The translations under genes were made by a program, and so were the position numbers. Below are positions 18,803-28,526 of a stretch of 64,000 nt of DNA, piece after piece. A model generated the notes under the pieces. That model was not told the DNA's origin and searched no databases. It saw nothing but the letters and a program-made list of their open reading frames with translations. Positions within the stretch are counted from its first letter, which is position 1, and each line of letters begins with the position of its first letter. Location: NCBI GenBank assembly GCA_963725685.1, contig CAVRYZ010000006.1, positions 10,684-74,683 of the forward strand, written 5' to 3'. The stretch is from an uncultured Chloroflexia bacterium. Lineage in GTDB: Bacteria > Chloroflexota > Anaerolineae > Anaerolineales > UBA4823.

Positions 18803-20551
18803 ATGCTCAACGAATTACATATTGAGAATTTTGCCATCATAAGCCAGCTGGATCTCAAATTTAACCGCGGCTTGAACATCTTCACCGGTGAAACGGGTGC
18901 CGGAAAGTCAATTATCATCGACGCGGTTGAAGCTATTCTGGGGAGCCGCTCTGACGCAACCATGGTGAGGGCAGGCGCTGACCGGGCGCTGGTTGAGGCC
19001 AGTTTTGAAATTGCGAATCAGGTCAGGCAGCCGGTGCAGCAAATTCTTGAGCGTGAGGAGCTGCTGGATGAATCAGACATACTTACGCTGGGACGAGAAA
19101 TCAGAGATAATGGGCGCAGCATCGCCCGGGTGAACGGACGAAGTGTCAATGCGCACATCCTTAGCGAGCTAAGTGAATACCTGGTGGATGTGCATGGGCA
19201 ATCGGAGCACCTATCCCTCCTGCATGTCCGTCAGCACCTGGGGCTACTAGACAGCTATGCACACGTAGAAAAGGAGTTGGAGGAGTACCAAAAAGCCTAT
19301 TACCAGCTGATGCAGGTACGTAAACAGCTGGCTGAGCTGCGGAAAGCTGAAACCGATGCAGCCAGGCAGATCGATGTTCTCAGCTATCAAATAAATGAGA
19401 TTGAAACAGCCCGGTTGCAAGATGGGGAGGAAGAGGACCTGCGTACCGAACGGACAAGGCTGGCAAATGCAGAAGGGATTTCATCAACCGTCCAGGAATC
19501 AATCCAATTATTGGACGAGGGCAGCGCTGAATCCCCCACGGTTACCGACTTGCTTGGGCAGGTAACCACATTGTTGAATAATCTCAACCGGCTCGACCCA
19601 CAACAGGAAAAACTGGGTGTTCGTGCCCAGGCTGCATTAGACGAGCTGACCGATTTGACGGCTGATTTACGGGAATATATCGAATCGATCGAATTTAATC
19701 CCAAGCGGTTGGATCAGGTGGAAGAACGCCTAAACTTGATCCAAAATATGAAGCGGAAATATGGTGGCGATATTCCAACCATCCTCAAATTCGTTGAGCA
19801 AGCCAAGCAGCAGCTGGATTCGATTACGCATGCCTCTGAACGCATCCTGGAACTGGAAAATGACGAAAATGGGCTGTTGGGCATGCTGGGTAAAATGGGT
19901 GAGCAGCTGAGCTCGCAGCGGCATACCGCCGCAACAAAATTGGAAGCTGCCTTGGAAGCAGAGCTAATGGACCTGAGTATGGCTGGAGCGAAATTCAAGG
20001 TTGAGTTCACTGAGCGCCAATCCGACGAGGGCGTACCGATGGGTGATGGACGCAAGGTGGCATTTGATTCGTCCGGTTTGGAACATATCGAATTTTTAGT
20101 CGCTCCAAACCCTGGAGAAGGATTGAAACCACTCGTAAAAATCGCTTCAGGGGGTGAAACATCGCGTTTAATGCTGGCAATCAAGAACGTCCTGGCGAAA
20201 GCAGACCGGGTGCCCACATTGATCTTTGACGAAATCGACCAGGGCATTGGTGGCCGGGTCGGTTCAGTGGTTGGGAAAAAACTATGGGAATTAGCCCGAC
20301 AGCATCAGGTTTTGTGCGTCACACACCTGCCCCAACTGGCGGTTTTTGGCGAACAGCATTTGAGGGTGAATAAACAAATCAAAGATAACCGCACAGAAAC
20401 CCAAGTGGAAATCGTAAGTGGCGAGGAGCGTTTACTCGAGCTTGCCCAGATGATGGGTGAGGTGAGTGATGGAACCCGCCAATCGGCCAGGGAGCTGATG
20501 CAATCCGTTAGCAAGACCGTGAAAGAGATCCAGAATAGGCCAGAACCATAA
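18803..20551 (+). CDS. recN: DNA repair protein RecN
   Basis: TGETGAGKS, VHGQ, ASGGE, IFDEID, THLPQ. Confidence 0.97.
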   Translation: MLNELHIENFAIISQLDLKFNRGLNIFTGETGAGKSIIIDAVEAILGSRSDATMVRAGADRALVEASFEIANQVRQPVQQILEREELLDESDILTLGREIRDNGRSIARVNGRSVNAHILSELSEYLVDVHGQSEHLSLLHVRQHLGLLDSYAHVEKELEEYQKAYYQLMQVRKQLAELRKAETDAARQIDVLSYQINEIETARLQDGEEEDLRTERTRLANAEGISSTVQESIQLLDEGSAESPTVTDLLGQVTTLLNNLNRLDPQQEKLGVRAQAALDELTDLTADLREYIESIEFNPKRLDQVEERLNLIQNMKRKYGGDIPTILKFVEQAKQQLDSITHASERILELENDENGLLGMLGKMGEQLSSQRHTAATKLEAALEAELMDLSMAGAKFKVEFTERQSDEGVPMGDGRKVAFDSSGLEHIEFLVAPNPGEGLKPLVKIASGGETSRLMLAIKNVLAKADRVPTLIFDEIDQGIGGRVGSVVGKKLWELARQHQVLCVTHLPQLAVFGEQHLRVNKQIKDNRTETQVEIVSGEERLLELAQMMGEVSDGTRQSARELMQSVSKTVKEIQNRPEP

Positions 20552-20600
20552 CCAATCGATTTTCAGATGAATGCGTTCCAGGTATACTGGAACCAAAACC

Positions 20601-23516
20601 ATGCCCGATGTTTCGAAAATCATAAGAATCCGCCAGCAACAGCGAACCCGCCAACAACGCAGCCCATGGCTTAAACTTGGTCTGGCCAGTGGAGTGGTGG
20701 TCAGCCTGTTGATGGTGACTCTGTCGTTGATAGGGGGGCGTTGGTATATCGAGCTGACGCGCGATTTACCTTCGGTGGAAACGCTTGCGTCTTTATTGGA
20801 ACCTCCCAAACGCCCATTGTTCCAGTCCACCCGTCTGTATGACCGCACCGCTGAACATATTATTCTGACCCTTGAAAATCCAGCCGCTGCTAATAAACAG
20901 TACCTTTACGTGGGTAAGAGCGGTCAGGCAGGTTTGGATCAGGTATCACAGGATCTGGTTGATGCGACGATTATCGAGCTCGATCCGCAATTTTGGCACA
21001 ATCCTGGTTACTCCTTAGATGGTATCTATGAAGGAACTCATCCCACTCTAGCACAATGGTTGATCTCTGACCTGGTGCTTGGGGGTGAATCCCCGTCTGT
21101 GAAACGTAATATTCGTGAGCGATTGCTGGCTGCCCAGGTGACGGCAAAGTATGGCCGGGAAAAAGTGCTGGAATGGTATCTCAACATTGCCCAGTTCGGT
21201 GAGCTCATTTATGGGGTTGACGCAGCGGCGCGGGCCTATTACGGAAAATCCGCCGTGGATCTAACGCTCGCAGAAGCTGTCATGCTCACCGCAATTGCAG
21301 AATTCTCTGGGAGTAATCCTTCAAGTGATTTCCAAATGCTCAAGGAGAAGCAGGAACTTATCATTCAGAAAATGCTTGTAGAGGGGTATGTCAGCGGAGA
21401 TGAAGCACGCCAGGCATTGAAGGAAGATGTGCAGCTGAGAGATCAAACTGGGGCTCAGTCACTCGCGCCGTTATTTACCCAGCTGGTATTGATGCAGCTA
21501 AGCACAAGGATGCCCCTGGAGCGCATTCTCAGGGGTGGTTTTGAAATCTTCACCACGCTCGATTATGGTTTGCAAATGCAGTCCGTCTGCACAGCCGAGA
21601 TTCAGCTTGCGCGGGTGCACGGAGCAAAGAACCCAATAATCTCGATTGATGATACACCGTGTGACTCTGGCAATTTACTCCCGACCTTACAAACCGAGGT
21701 GGATAAAAACCTAAAAAACTTGATGACTGAAGTGGTGGTCATTGACCCACTTACCGGACATATTTTGGCTATGGTCGGTGGGGAAGGAGCGGGGATTTCA
21801 CCTGCAAGCCAGGCGACCCATCCTGCTGGAAGCATATTGACCCCATTTTTATACGTTAGCGCATTTACGCGTGGGATGAGCCCCGCAACCCTACTGTGGG
21901 ATTTGCCTGTTAGTCATGCCAAGGAGATGCTTAATCCTGATCAAATCGATGTAAACCTGGAATCATTGACTTCGTATCAAGGTCCGGTGAGCTTGCGAAA
22001 GGTATTCGCCAATGACTATCAGGGTGCAGGAGCTGAAATCTTGGCACAAGTGGGTGCAGATAATCTATGGCTGACCGAAAAGCAGTTTGGGATTAGCACG
22101 AGTGAGCTCACCTCAGGCACGGGAAGTGGTATGGATGATCTTTATTCCCAGCCGGTAAGTTTGTTGGAGAGCGTCCAGGCGTATTCGATCCTTGCGAACC
22201 AGGGAGTCATGTCGGGCCAGACTGCGGTTGGCAGCGCTGGGGGTGAAACCCAGAATGAAATGAGCTCGACTACCATCCTCAGGGTTGTGGATGGAGATGG
22301 CAAAGTGTGGATCGACTGGACCAATCCTGAGAAAATTCCTGTGGTCAGCCCACAGATAGCCTACCTGGCGACCCATATCATGAGCGATGAAAAGGCACGC
22401 TGGCCCAGCCTGGGTCACCCAAATGCACTGGAAATCGGGCGACCCGCGGCAGCCAAGGTCAACCTGACAGTCGAAACTTCCGATGCGTGGACGGTGGGTT
22501 ACACCCCTCGATTGGCAATCGGTGTATGGATGGGGAGGTCGGCTGTCGAGGCTGGTGAAATTAGTGTTGATATGCCAGCTGGGATCTGGCACGCACTGAT
22601 GCAATACGCATCGAAAGAAATGCCTGTCCAGGAATTCGCTACGCCATCCGGAATTAGCAAGCTGCAGGTATGTGACCCATCCGGGAAGCTGGTCACTCCC
22701 TTATGCCAGACAATTGCACAGGAGGTTTTCCTGGCTGGAAATGAACCAACGCAACCCGACGACATGTACCAGAAGTTTTATATCAACCGTGAGACTGGGT
22801 TGTTGGCAACGATATTTACAGATTCTAAATTGGTGGACGAGAAGATTTACCTGGTGGTACCACCAGAAGCGGTAGACTGGGCAAAAGCAGTGGGTTTGCC
22901 TGTACCTCCAGACAGCTATGATGATATCAACCCAGCTACGACCTCATCGGAAGATGTGCAAATCACCAACTTGAAGATGTTTGACCATGTGAGTGGGCAG
23001 CTATCTTTGAGAGGTAGTGCCACCGGGGATGGCTTTGAATACTATCGCATACAGGTTGGCAAAGGGTTATATCCGCAGGAGTGGATCCAGGTTGGAGAAG
23101 ATGTTCATCGATCCGTGAAGGATGGATTCCTGGGTACATGGGACACGACGGAGTTGGATGGAACTTTCATACTAGAACTGTTGGTGGTAAAGGAAGATAA
23201 AAGGATTGAGCGGGCAACAGTCCAGCTGACGATTGATAACAGCTTTCCCCAGGTTCAAATCCTCTCGCCGAGAGCTGGTGAGCAATTTTCTGCCCAGCAA
23301 GACCCAATCATTATCATGAACGCTTCAGTAAGTGATAACCAGGCGATACAGCGGGTTGAGTATTATGTGGATGGTAAGCTGGAATCAATTTTGTACGAGC
23401 CGCCAAGAATCATATTATGGACTGCCCAGCCGGGTAGGCATGTGTTAGGGGTGAAGGCATATGACCTGGCGGGAAATGCGTATGAAACTACCGCAATTTT
23501 TTTGGTGCATGAATAA
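20601..23516 (+). CDS. class A penicillin-binding-protein-like protein with degenerate catalytic motifs and C-terminal Ig-like domains
   Basis: N-terminal TM, LEWYLN...YGVDAAARAYYGK, TTLD, WTVGYTP; catalytic motifs altered. Confidence 0.8.
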   Translation: MPDVSKIIRIRQQQRTRQQRSPWLKLGLASGVVVSLLMVTLSLIGGRWYIELTRDLPSVETLASLLEPPKRPLFQSTRLYDRTAEHIILTLENPAAANKQYLYVGKSGQAGLDQVSQDLVDATIIELDPQFWHNPGYSLDGIYEGTHPTLAQWLISDLVLGGESPSVKRNIRERLLAAQVTAKYGREKVLEWYLNIAQFGELIYGVDAAARAYYGKSAVDLTLAEAVMLTAIAEFSGSNPSSDFQMLKEKQELIIQKMLVEGYVSGDEARQALKEDVQLRDQTGAQSLAPLFTQLVLMQLSTRMPLERILRGGFEIFTTLDYGLQMQSVCTAEIQLARVHGAKNPIISIDDTPCDSGNLLPTLQTEVDKNLKNLMTEVVVIDPLTGHILAMVGGEGAGISPASQATHPAGSILTPFLYVSAFTRGMSPATLLWDLPVSHAKEMLNPDQIDVNLESLTSYQGPVSLRKVFANDYQGAGAEILAQVGADNLWLTEKQFGISTSELTSGTGSGMDDLYSQPVSLLESVQAYSILANQGVMSGQTAVGSAGGETQNEMSSTTILRVVDGDGKVWIDWTNPEKIPVVSPQIAYLATHIMSDEKARWPSLGHPNALEIGRPAAAKVNLTVETSDAWTVGYTPRLAIGVWMGRSAVEAGEISVDMPAGIWHALMQYASKEMPVQEFATPSGISKLQVCDPSGKLVTPLCQTIAQEVFLAGNEPTQPDDMYQKFYINRETGLLATIFTDSKLVDEKIYLVVPPEAVDWAKAVGLPVPPDSYDDINPATTSSEDVQITNLKMFDHVSGQLSLRGSATGDGFEYYRIQVGKGLYPQEWIQVGEDVHRSVKDGFLGTWDTTELDGTFILELLVVKEDKRIERATVQLTIDNSFPQVQILSPRAGEQFSAQQDPIIIMNASVSDNQAIQRVEYYVDGKLESILYEPPRIILWTAQPGRHVLGVKAYDLAGNAYETTAIFLVHE

Positions 23517-23608
23517 TAGCATCTACCTTTTCCAAACCATATACAGATAATTGAATTTGGTGAGCTCATCCAGTCGATCACGTACGAATCTACATGTCGC
23601 CAAGCTCA

Positions 23609-24205
23609 TTACTTGGCTGATTCATCTGGCTCATAGGTAGCAATCAACACCCCAGTGGAGGCGGTCTTCACATCAACCAGGTGGAGTGCTGAGAAGGCGT
23701 TCCCCTCGGGGAAGAGACGCTTACCTGTACCCATGATTAATGGATGGATAAGCAGCACATACTGGTCGATTAAATTCACCTGCATAAGCGTTTTCACCAG
23801 CTCTCCACTCCCAAGGATAACGAAATCAAGGCCAGATTCCTGCGTGAGTTTGGCCACCGTACTGGAAGCCTCGCCCCTGAGCAGAATTGAATTCATCCAT
23901 GGGAGAGGTTCATTCAAGGTCCGTGAAACCACATATTTCTTAGTGTTATTGAGCACATCGGTGAAGGGGTTGGGTTGGGGCATGCCTGACCAGACCGAGG
24001 CAAAATCCTGGTATGTACGGCGACCGAACAATAAAGCGCCTTCTTTAGACATCCCCTCAGCAGCCACACTGCCGATCACCGGGTCGGCGTAAGGTGCTGC
24101 CCAACCACCGTGGGTAAAGCCTCCCCGTCGATCCTCATCTGGTCTACCTGGTGCTTGCATTACCCCGTCCAGGGTCAGGCTCTCGAAAATAGTGATTTTT
24201 CCCAT
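23609..24205 (-). CDS. dihydrofolate reductase/RibD C-terminal family protein
   Basis: LTLDGVMQ, LLFGRRTY, KYVVSRTL, GSGEL, GTGKRLF. Confidence 0.9.
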   Translation of the reverse strand: MGKITIFESLTLDGVMQAPGRPDEDRRGGFTHGGWAAPYADPVIGSVAAEGMSKEGALLFGRRTYQDFASVWSGMPQPNPFTDVLNNTKKYVVSRTLNEPLPWMNSILLRGEASSTVAKLTQESGLDFVILGSGELVKTLMQVNLIDQYVLLIHPLIMGTGKRLFPEGNAFSALHLVDVKTASTGVLIATYEPDESAK

Positions 24206-24476
24206 ACAGTACTCCTTGTGGTAATTGCCCGAATTGATTGGATCTGACAAAGCTATTTACTGACTGTGACTCACAGAAAATTATTCACAATCAAGACGGG
24301 TAATCCTGACTTGCTTAACTTAATAAATAGATATTTGGTTTTTCATACCATTAATCCCCAAATTGAGACATATAAGACCGATTATAGCATAATAGTTTTA
24401 ATTGAAAGAATGATTGTTACTTGAAGGCTAGAAATTAGTAATTGATTTTTACCTACGTCCCTTGAATTGCCATGTG

Positions 24477-25241
24477 CTAGAAGTATACGTAGAAAGTTCC
24501 CCAAATTTGATCTTTGATATAAGTATCCCCGGATTTGATGGAAATTTCAACCAGGATAATCTTTGAGGTTGGATCGACAATGTCCACAGCACTTAATACG
24601 TAGGTAGTAAATCCATCAGTACCACCGCAATCAGTGTACTGGTCGTATTTTCCTCGATAAACACTATCATTATAAACATAGCGACCAACCCAGGTGCAGT
24701 CTTTCTGATATGCTTCAGCATAAATATCCAGAAATTGCACATAGCCACCTATTTGGGCGAATGTGTCTGAGGCTCCGAAGAATAACCCCTCAGAATCATA
24801 TTTGTTCTCATAGTCTGACAGGTTCGGGGCGGCAGATATGGCTACACCGAATACCTCCCCGTTATATGCCCAGGTAGTACCGTTGACTTCCTTCCAAGTA
24901 GCGGGTATGTCTACTGTAATATTCCCAGTATCATCTGAGCAGGTGATAAATCCACTGACATCACTTGCAAGGCATAAGTCAGGGATCGTTGAACCTGAAT
25001 CCGTTGGTGAGACATCTGCAATGCTTGTGGCAGTTGGTGCAGTAGGCTCGGTTGGCACCCTGGTTCGGGTGGGAACAGGCGTATAGGTTGGATAAGGCGT
25101 GTATGTGGGTGAAGCTGTTGATGTTGGAGGAGGGGGTGGAGAGGTGGGAGTCTCGATTTGCGTATTGGTTCCACATGCCGAACTAATCAGCATGAATACT
25201 GTGCAAAGAAATAATAAAGATTTGATCTTATTCCCACGCAT
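24477..25241 (-). CDS. hypothetical lipoprotein with Pro/Thr linker
   Basis: ISSAC lipobox, PT-rich segment. Confidence 0.6.
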   Translation of the reverse strand: MRGNKIKSLLFLCTVFMLISSACGTNTQIETPTSPPPPPTSTASPTYTPYPTYTPVPTRTRVPTEPTAPTATSIADVSPTDSGSTIPDLCLASDVSGFITCSDDTGNITVDIPATWKEVNGTTWAYNGEVFGVAISAAPNLSDYENKYDSEGLFFGASDTFAQIGGYVQFLDIYAEAYQKDCTWVGRYVYNDSVYRGKYDQYTDCGGTDGFTTYVLSAVDIVDPTSKIILVEISIKSGDTYIKDQIWGTFYVYF

Positions 25242-25321
25242 AAATGGGTCCTCTATTCAATTGCAATGAAAAATGATGACAAATGGGCTTCTGTTCGATT
25301 AAAAATTAGTTTACCATACAT

Positions 25322-25816
25322 CTAAAAAAAAGCATCCAAAATTTGATTGGTGGATGCAAATGCCAGAGGGGGAAGTTGGTGAATGGGGAAATAAGCCACT
25401 TGCCTGGCATCATCCCCGGGCTTTAATTCCCCCGATTGGATTTGGGCTTGATATACAATCAGTATATGCGCACCGCGCGGATGTTCCTGACCAAAGATTA
25501 CATTCAGCAGATGGATCTCACTAATCACAAGGCCGGTCTCCTCCAGGCATTCACGCTGAACAGCAACTATTGGATCTTCACCCGCATCCACAAACCCGCT
25601 CGGCAAGGTCCAATAACCCTTTTGGGGATCATACCGGCGTTGAACGAAGAGCACTTGATCATTTTTCCGAATCAGAACCGCGACAGCAACCTTTGGATCG
25701 GGAAAATATACCCAACCACATTTCGAGCAGGCAGGCCTTACTTTCCCAGTATGCAATCGTTCAGTAAGCTCCGTACCACAACGGGGGCAAAACTTGATCG
25801 GACCTTCTAGCATCAA
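25322..25816 (-). CDS. NUDIX hydrolase with N-terminal zinc ribbon
   Basis: CPRCG...CSKCG and GFVDAGE...RECLEETG. Confidence 0.92.
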   Translation of the reverse strand: MMLEGPIKFCPRCGTELTERLHTGKVRPACSKCGWVYFPDPKVAVAVLIRKNDQVLFVQRRYDPQKGYWTLPSGFVDAGEDPIVAVQRECLEETGLVISEIHLLNVIFGQEHPRGAHILIVYQAQIQSGELKPGDDARQVAYFPIHQLPPLAFASTNQILDAFF

Positions 25817-26880
25817 CGTGCTCGAAGACGAAGAATGACGGCGGTTATTCCTGCGAGGATTGCAATTGCTGCCAGGCTGATCTCTACCGTCAAAACGATG
25901 TAGCTCAAGAAAGAGACATTCGGAGCAGATGGGGCTTCTGCAGACCCCCCGACTTCAGCGGGTGAACTACCAGCAGCTAGTGATGAATCGGCTGAGATGC
26001 CTTCTGGGGAAGAAACTTCAACGCCCGGTTCACCCAGTTTTGCAACGGGTGGAGGTGTTTCAGTGGCAACAGGCATTGGTGTATCTGTTGGTGTAGGGGT
26101 AGCAGTAGGTGTGGGTGTTAATGTGGGTGTGGGTGTCTCTGAGGGGGTGGGAGACGGGGTTAAGAGCATGCCCTCCAGAAATTGTGAGTGTGTGCTTGTT
26201 GGAGTAGGGCAATTATTGATACCCATTCCAGACGGCTGCGTGCCGCGGTTGTAATATTCTTCACAGGAAATGCGGGCAGCCTCGGTCTCCTGATCAAAAA
26301 TCGATATTTCAATCTCAGGTGTACCGGTGGGTGGATATGCAAAGAGATATATCGTGGTGGGAGTGGCAACCTCTGTTTGCCCTATCTTTAATGAATTTAT
26401 TTCTGGCGTAAGCGTGGGCAGAATAGGTGCTCCCATCATGATAACCGGTGCTGATTCTGTTGGAGAATCTGGTGAAGCGTTGCTACTCACTGCTTCCCGC
26501 GGTAAAGATTGTTGTGCAAGCGGGTTTAATTCCTGGGGTACACTTGCCACCTGGGTTGATGGAGAAAATATAGAGTTACCGAAGATCACCAACGCAAGCA
26601 ATACACTCGAAACTGCAGAAACAATACCAAAAACCGGGGCTAACCGGAAGGTTGGTCGCGGTTGAAGGGCTTCAGCCTTGACGAAGTAGTTACGTGGAGC
26701 GCGTAACCTGGGCAGACTTCGAACTAAGAGACGCGTTTTACTGATCTCCTGGAGTTCCCTGCGTAGATCAGGATCCGCTTTGAGCTGTGCTTCAAAAATG
26801 GCGCGTTCCTTACCACCTAACTGGTTATCCAGGTATGCAGAGATCAGTTCGTAATCACGCGTTGTCATTTGGTTCTTCAT
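25813..26880 (-). CDS. anti-sigma factor with TM and Pro/Thr-rich extracellular region
   Basis: ELISAYLDNQL...LP...APRN; downstream of ECF sigma. Confidence 0.8.
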   Translation of the reverse strand: MKNQMTTRDYELISAYLDNQLGGKERAIFEAQLKADPDLRRELQEISKTRLLVRSLPRLRAPRNYFVKAEALQPRPTFRLAPVFGIVSAVSSVLLALVIFGNSIFSPSTQVASVPQELNPLAQQSLPREAVSSNASPDSPTESAPVIMMGAPILPTLTPEINSLKIGQTEVATPTTIYLFAYPPTGTPEIEISIFDQETEAARISCEEYYNRGTQPSGMGINNCPTPTSTHSQFLEGMLLTPSPTPSETPTPTLTPTPTATPTPTDTPMPVATETPPPVAKLGEPGVEVSSPEGISADSSLAAGSSPAEVGGSAEAPSAPNVSFLSYIVLTVEISLAAIAILAGITAVILRLRAR

Positions 26881-26889
26881 CTTGCACCC

Positions 26890-27483
26890 TTATTCCAGAC
26901 GAAATCCGGAGGGTAAAAGTTCCGCGAATCCATGCAAGCAATCTCGCAGGCGTAAACGGGCACGCGCCAGGCGACTTTTTATGGTGCCAATCGGCTTACC
27001 GATTGCTTCGGCGGCTTCAAAATAATCCATACCTTGAACGTCTACCATAATCACCGTCGATTTGAAATCATCAGGTAAATTGTCCAGACAATGCTGGATG
27101 GCATTCTGAAGCTCTGCCCGCTGGACTTGCTCCTCAGGTTGGTCCACCGGGTCTACCATCCACTTCGCTGATTCAACTTCTTCGCCCGTATCGTCTAACG
27201 GCTCCAGGGGAACAGTTGGGCGCCGTTTACGCCTGCGTAGTTCATCATAGCAGGCATTTGTCACGATTCGAAGCAACCAGGCTTTAAATGAACCGCCTCG
27301 GAAGGATCCTAAATGGTTGTATGCTGAGATGAATGTATTTTGAGCTGCATCATCGGCAGATTCTTCTTCGCCGATCATGCGGTACGCATGGCTGTAAACT
27401 AAATCTTGATATGCTAATACCAGGCGATTAAAGGAATCCACATCGCCGCCCCTTGCTGCCTGGATCAGTGCAATCTCGTCCAC
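26890..27483 (-). CDS. ECF sigma factor
   Basis: SFKAWLLRIVTNACYD, GTIKSRLARAR. Confidence 0.93.
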   Translation of the reverse strand: MDEIALIQAARGGDVDSFNRLVLAYQDLVYSHAYRMIGEEESADDAAQNTFISAYNHLGSFRGGSFKAWLLRIVTNACYDELRRRKRRPTVPLEPLDDTGEEVESAKWMVDPVDQPEEQVQRAELQNAIQHCLDNLPDDFKSTVIMVDVQGMDYFEAAEAIGKPIGTIKSRLARARLRLRDCLHGFAELLPSGFRLE

Positions 27484-27700
27484 ATCGTTATTTTAACGCA
27501 TATCACGGATGTAAGCTATTGCTTCAGATGGATATGAGGTTTAAAATCGATGGAGAGGCGGCCTATGTCAGATTCATCTCATCCTATATTCTCTTCCTGT
27601 TTAACAATTACGATCGTGATCGTATTGTTTCTGTGTTTATTGTTTCTCATTTGGGCGGGGATCTCGATCTATCCTGTTATTATGCCCGGGTGAGGAGATT

Positions 27701-28387
27701 ATGCCGATTGATTGGAGCCGGGTTAAAGCGATTTGCTTTGACGTGGATGGGACATTAAGTAACACCGACGACCAGTTTGTTCAAAAACTGGATACCTGGC
27801 TGTCACCGTTTCGATTCGCATTCCGAAACCGAGATGTACATAAATTCTCGCGTAAGTTAGTCATGTTAACTGAAGGGCCTGGGAATTGGGCTTACAACCT
27901 TGCAGATCGAATTGGGCTGGATGGTAAAATCGTTGCACTGGGTGATCGATTATACGAGATGGGGACCGGAAAATCTTCTCAGCCATTTCAGATAATCACC
28001 GGCGTAAGGGAGATGATAGTTAGCCTGCACGGCCATTATCCGCTTGGTATTATCAGTATCCGGGGGCATAAATCTACGTATAAATTCCTGTACCAGTTCA
28101 ACCTGATACCATACTTCGCTGCGATTGCTACTGGTCAGACTTGTAAACACACCAAACCATATCCTGAACCCTTAGAATGGGCGGCAGCGAGATTAAACGT
28201 ACCGGCAGCTTCCTGCCTCATGGTTGGAGATACGGTTGTTGATATCCTCACCGGGAAGAAGGCAGGAGCTCAAACTGTGGGTGTTTTATGCGGTTTCGGT
28301 GATAAAAAAGAACTCGAGCGAGCAGGAGCTGACCTCATCTTGGATAGTACAGCAGATTTAGCGAGTTATTTACTGGCGCGCAGCTAA
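27701..28387 (+). CDS. HAD-family phosphatase
   Basis: FDVDGTL, KPYPE, VGDT..D motifs. Confidence 0.9.
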   Translation: MPIDWSRVKAICFDVDGTLSNTDDQFVQKLDTWLSPFRFAFRNRDVHKFSRKLVMLTEGPGNWAYNLADRIGLDGKIVALGDRLYEMGTGKSSQPFQIITGVREMIVSLHGHYPLGIISIRGHKSTYKFLYQFNLIPYFAAIATGQTCKHTKPYPEPLEWAAARLNVPAASCLMVGDTVVDILTGKKAGAQTVGVLCGFGDKKELERAGADLILDSTADLASYLLARS

Positions 28388-28526
28388 ACAAACTGGCGAT
28401 TACTAAGTATCACCACACATTGCAATCCAATTAAATAATTTGCAAGAGCAAGTCAGAGTTCAGAGAGGGGAATGTGATGACGGAAAAACGCCTCATACTG
28501 GCATTCTGCGTATAAAAATATAATGG

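Noticed and set aside
25997-26254. Gly/Val-rich ORF and similar antisense ORFs (24838-25086, 40860-41129)
   Set aside because: Shadows of Pro/Thr linkers encoded on the opposite strand
27453-27758. 101-aa ORF or small peptide between ECF sigma and HAD genes
   Set aside because: Overlaps both neighbours, has no recognisable motif, and the region holds divergent promoters
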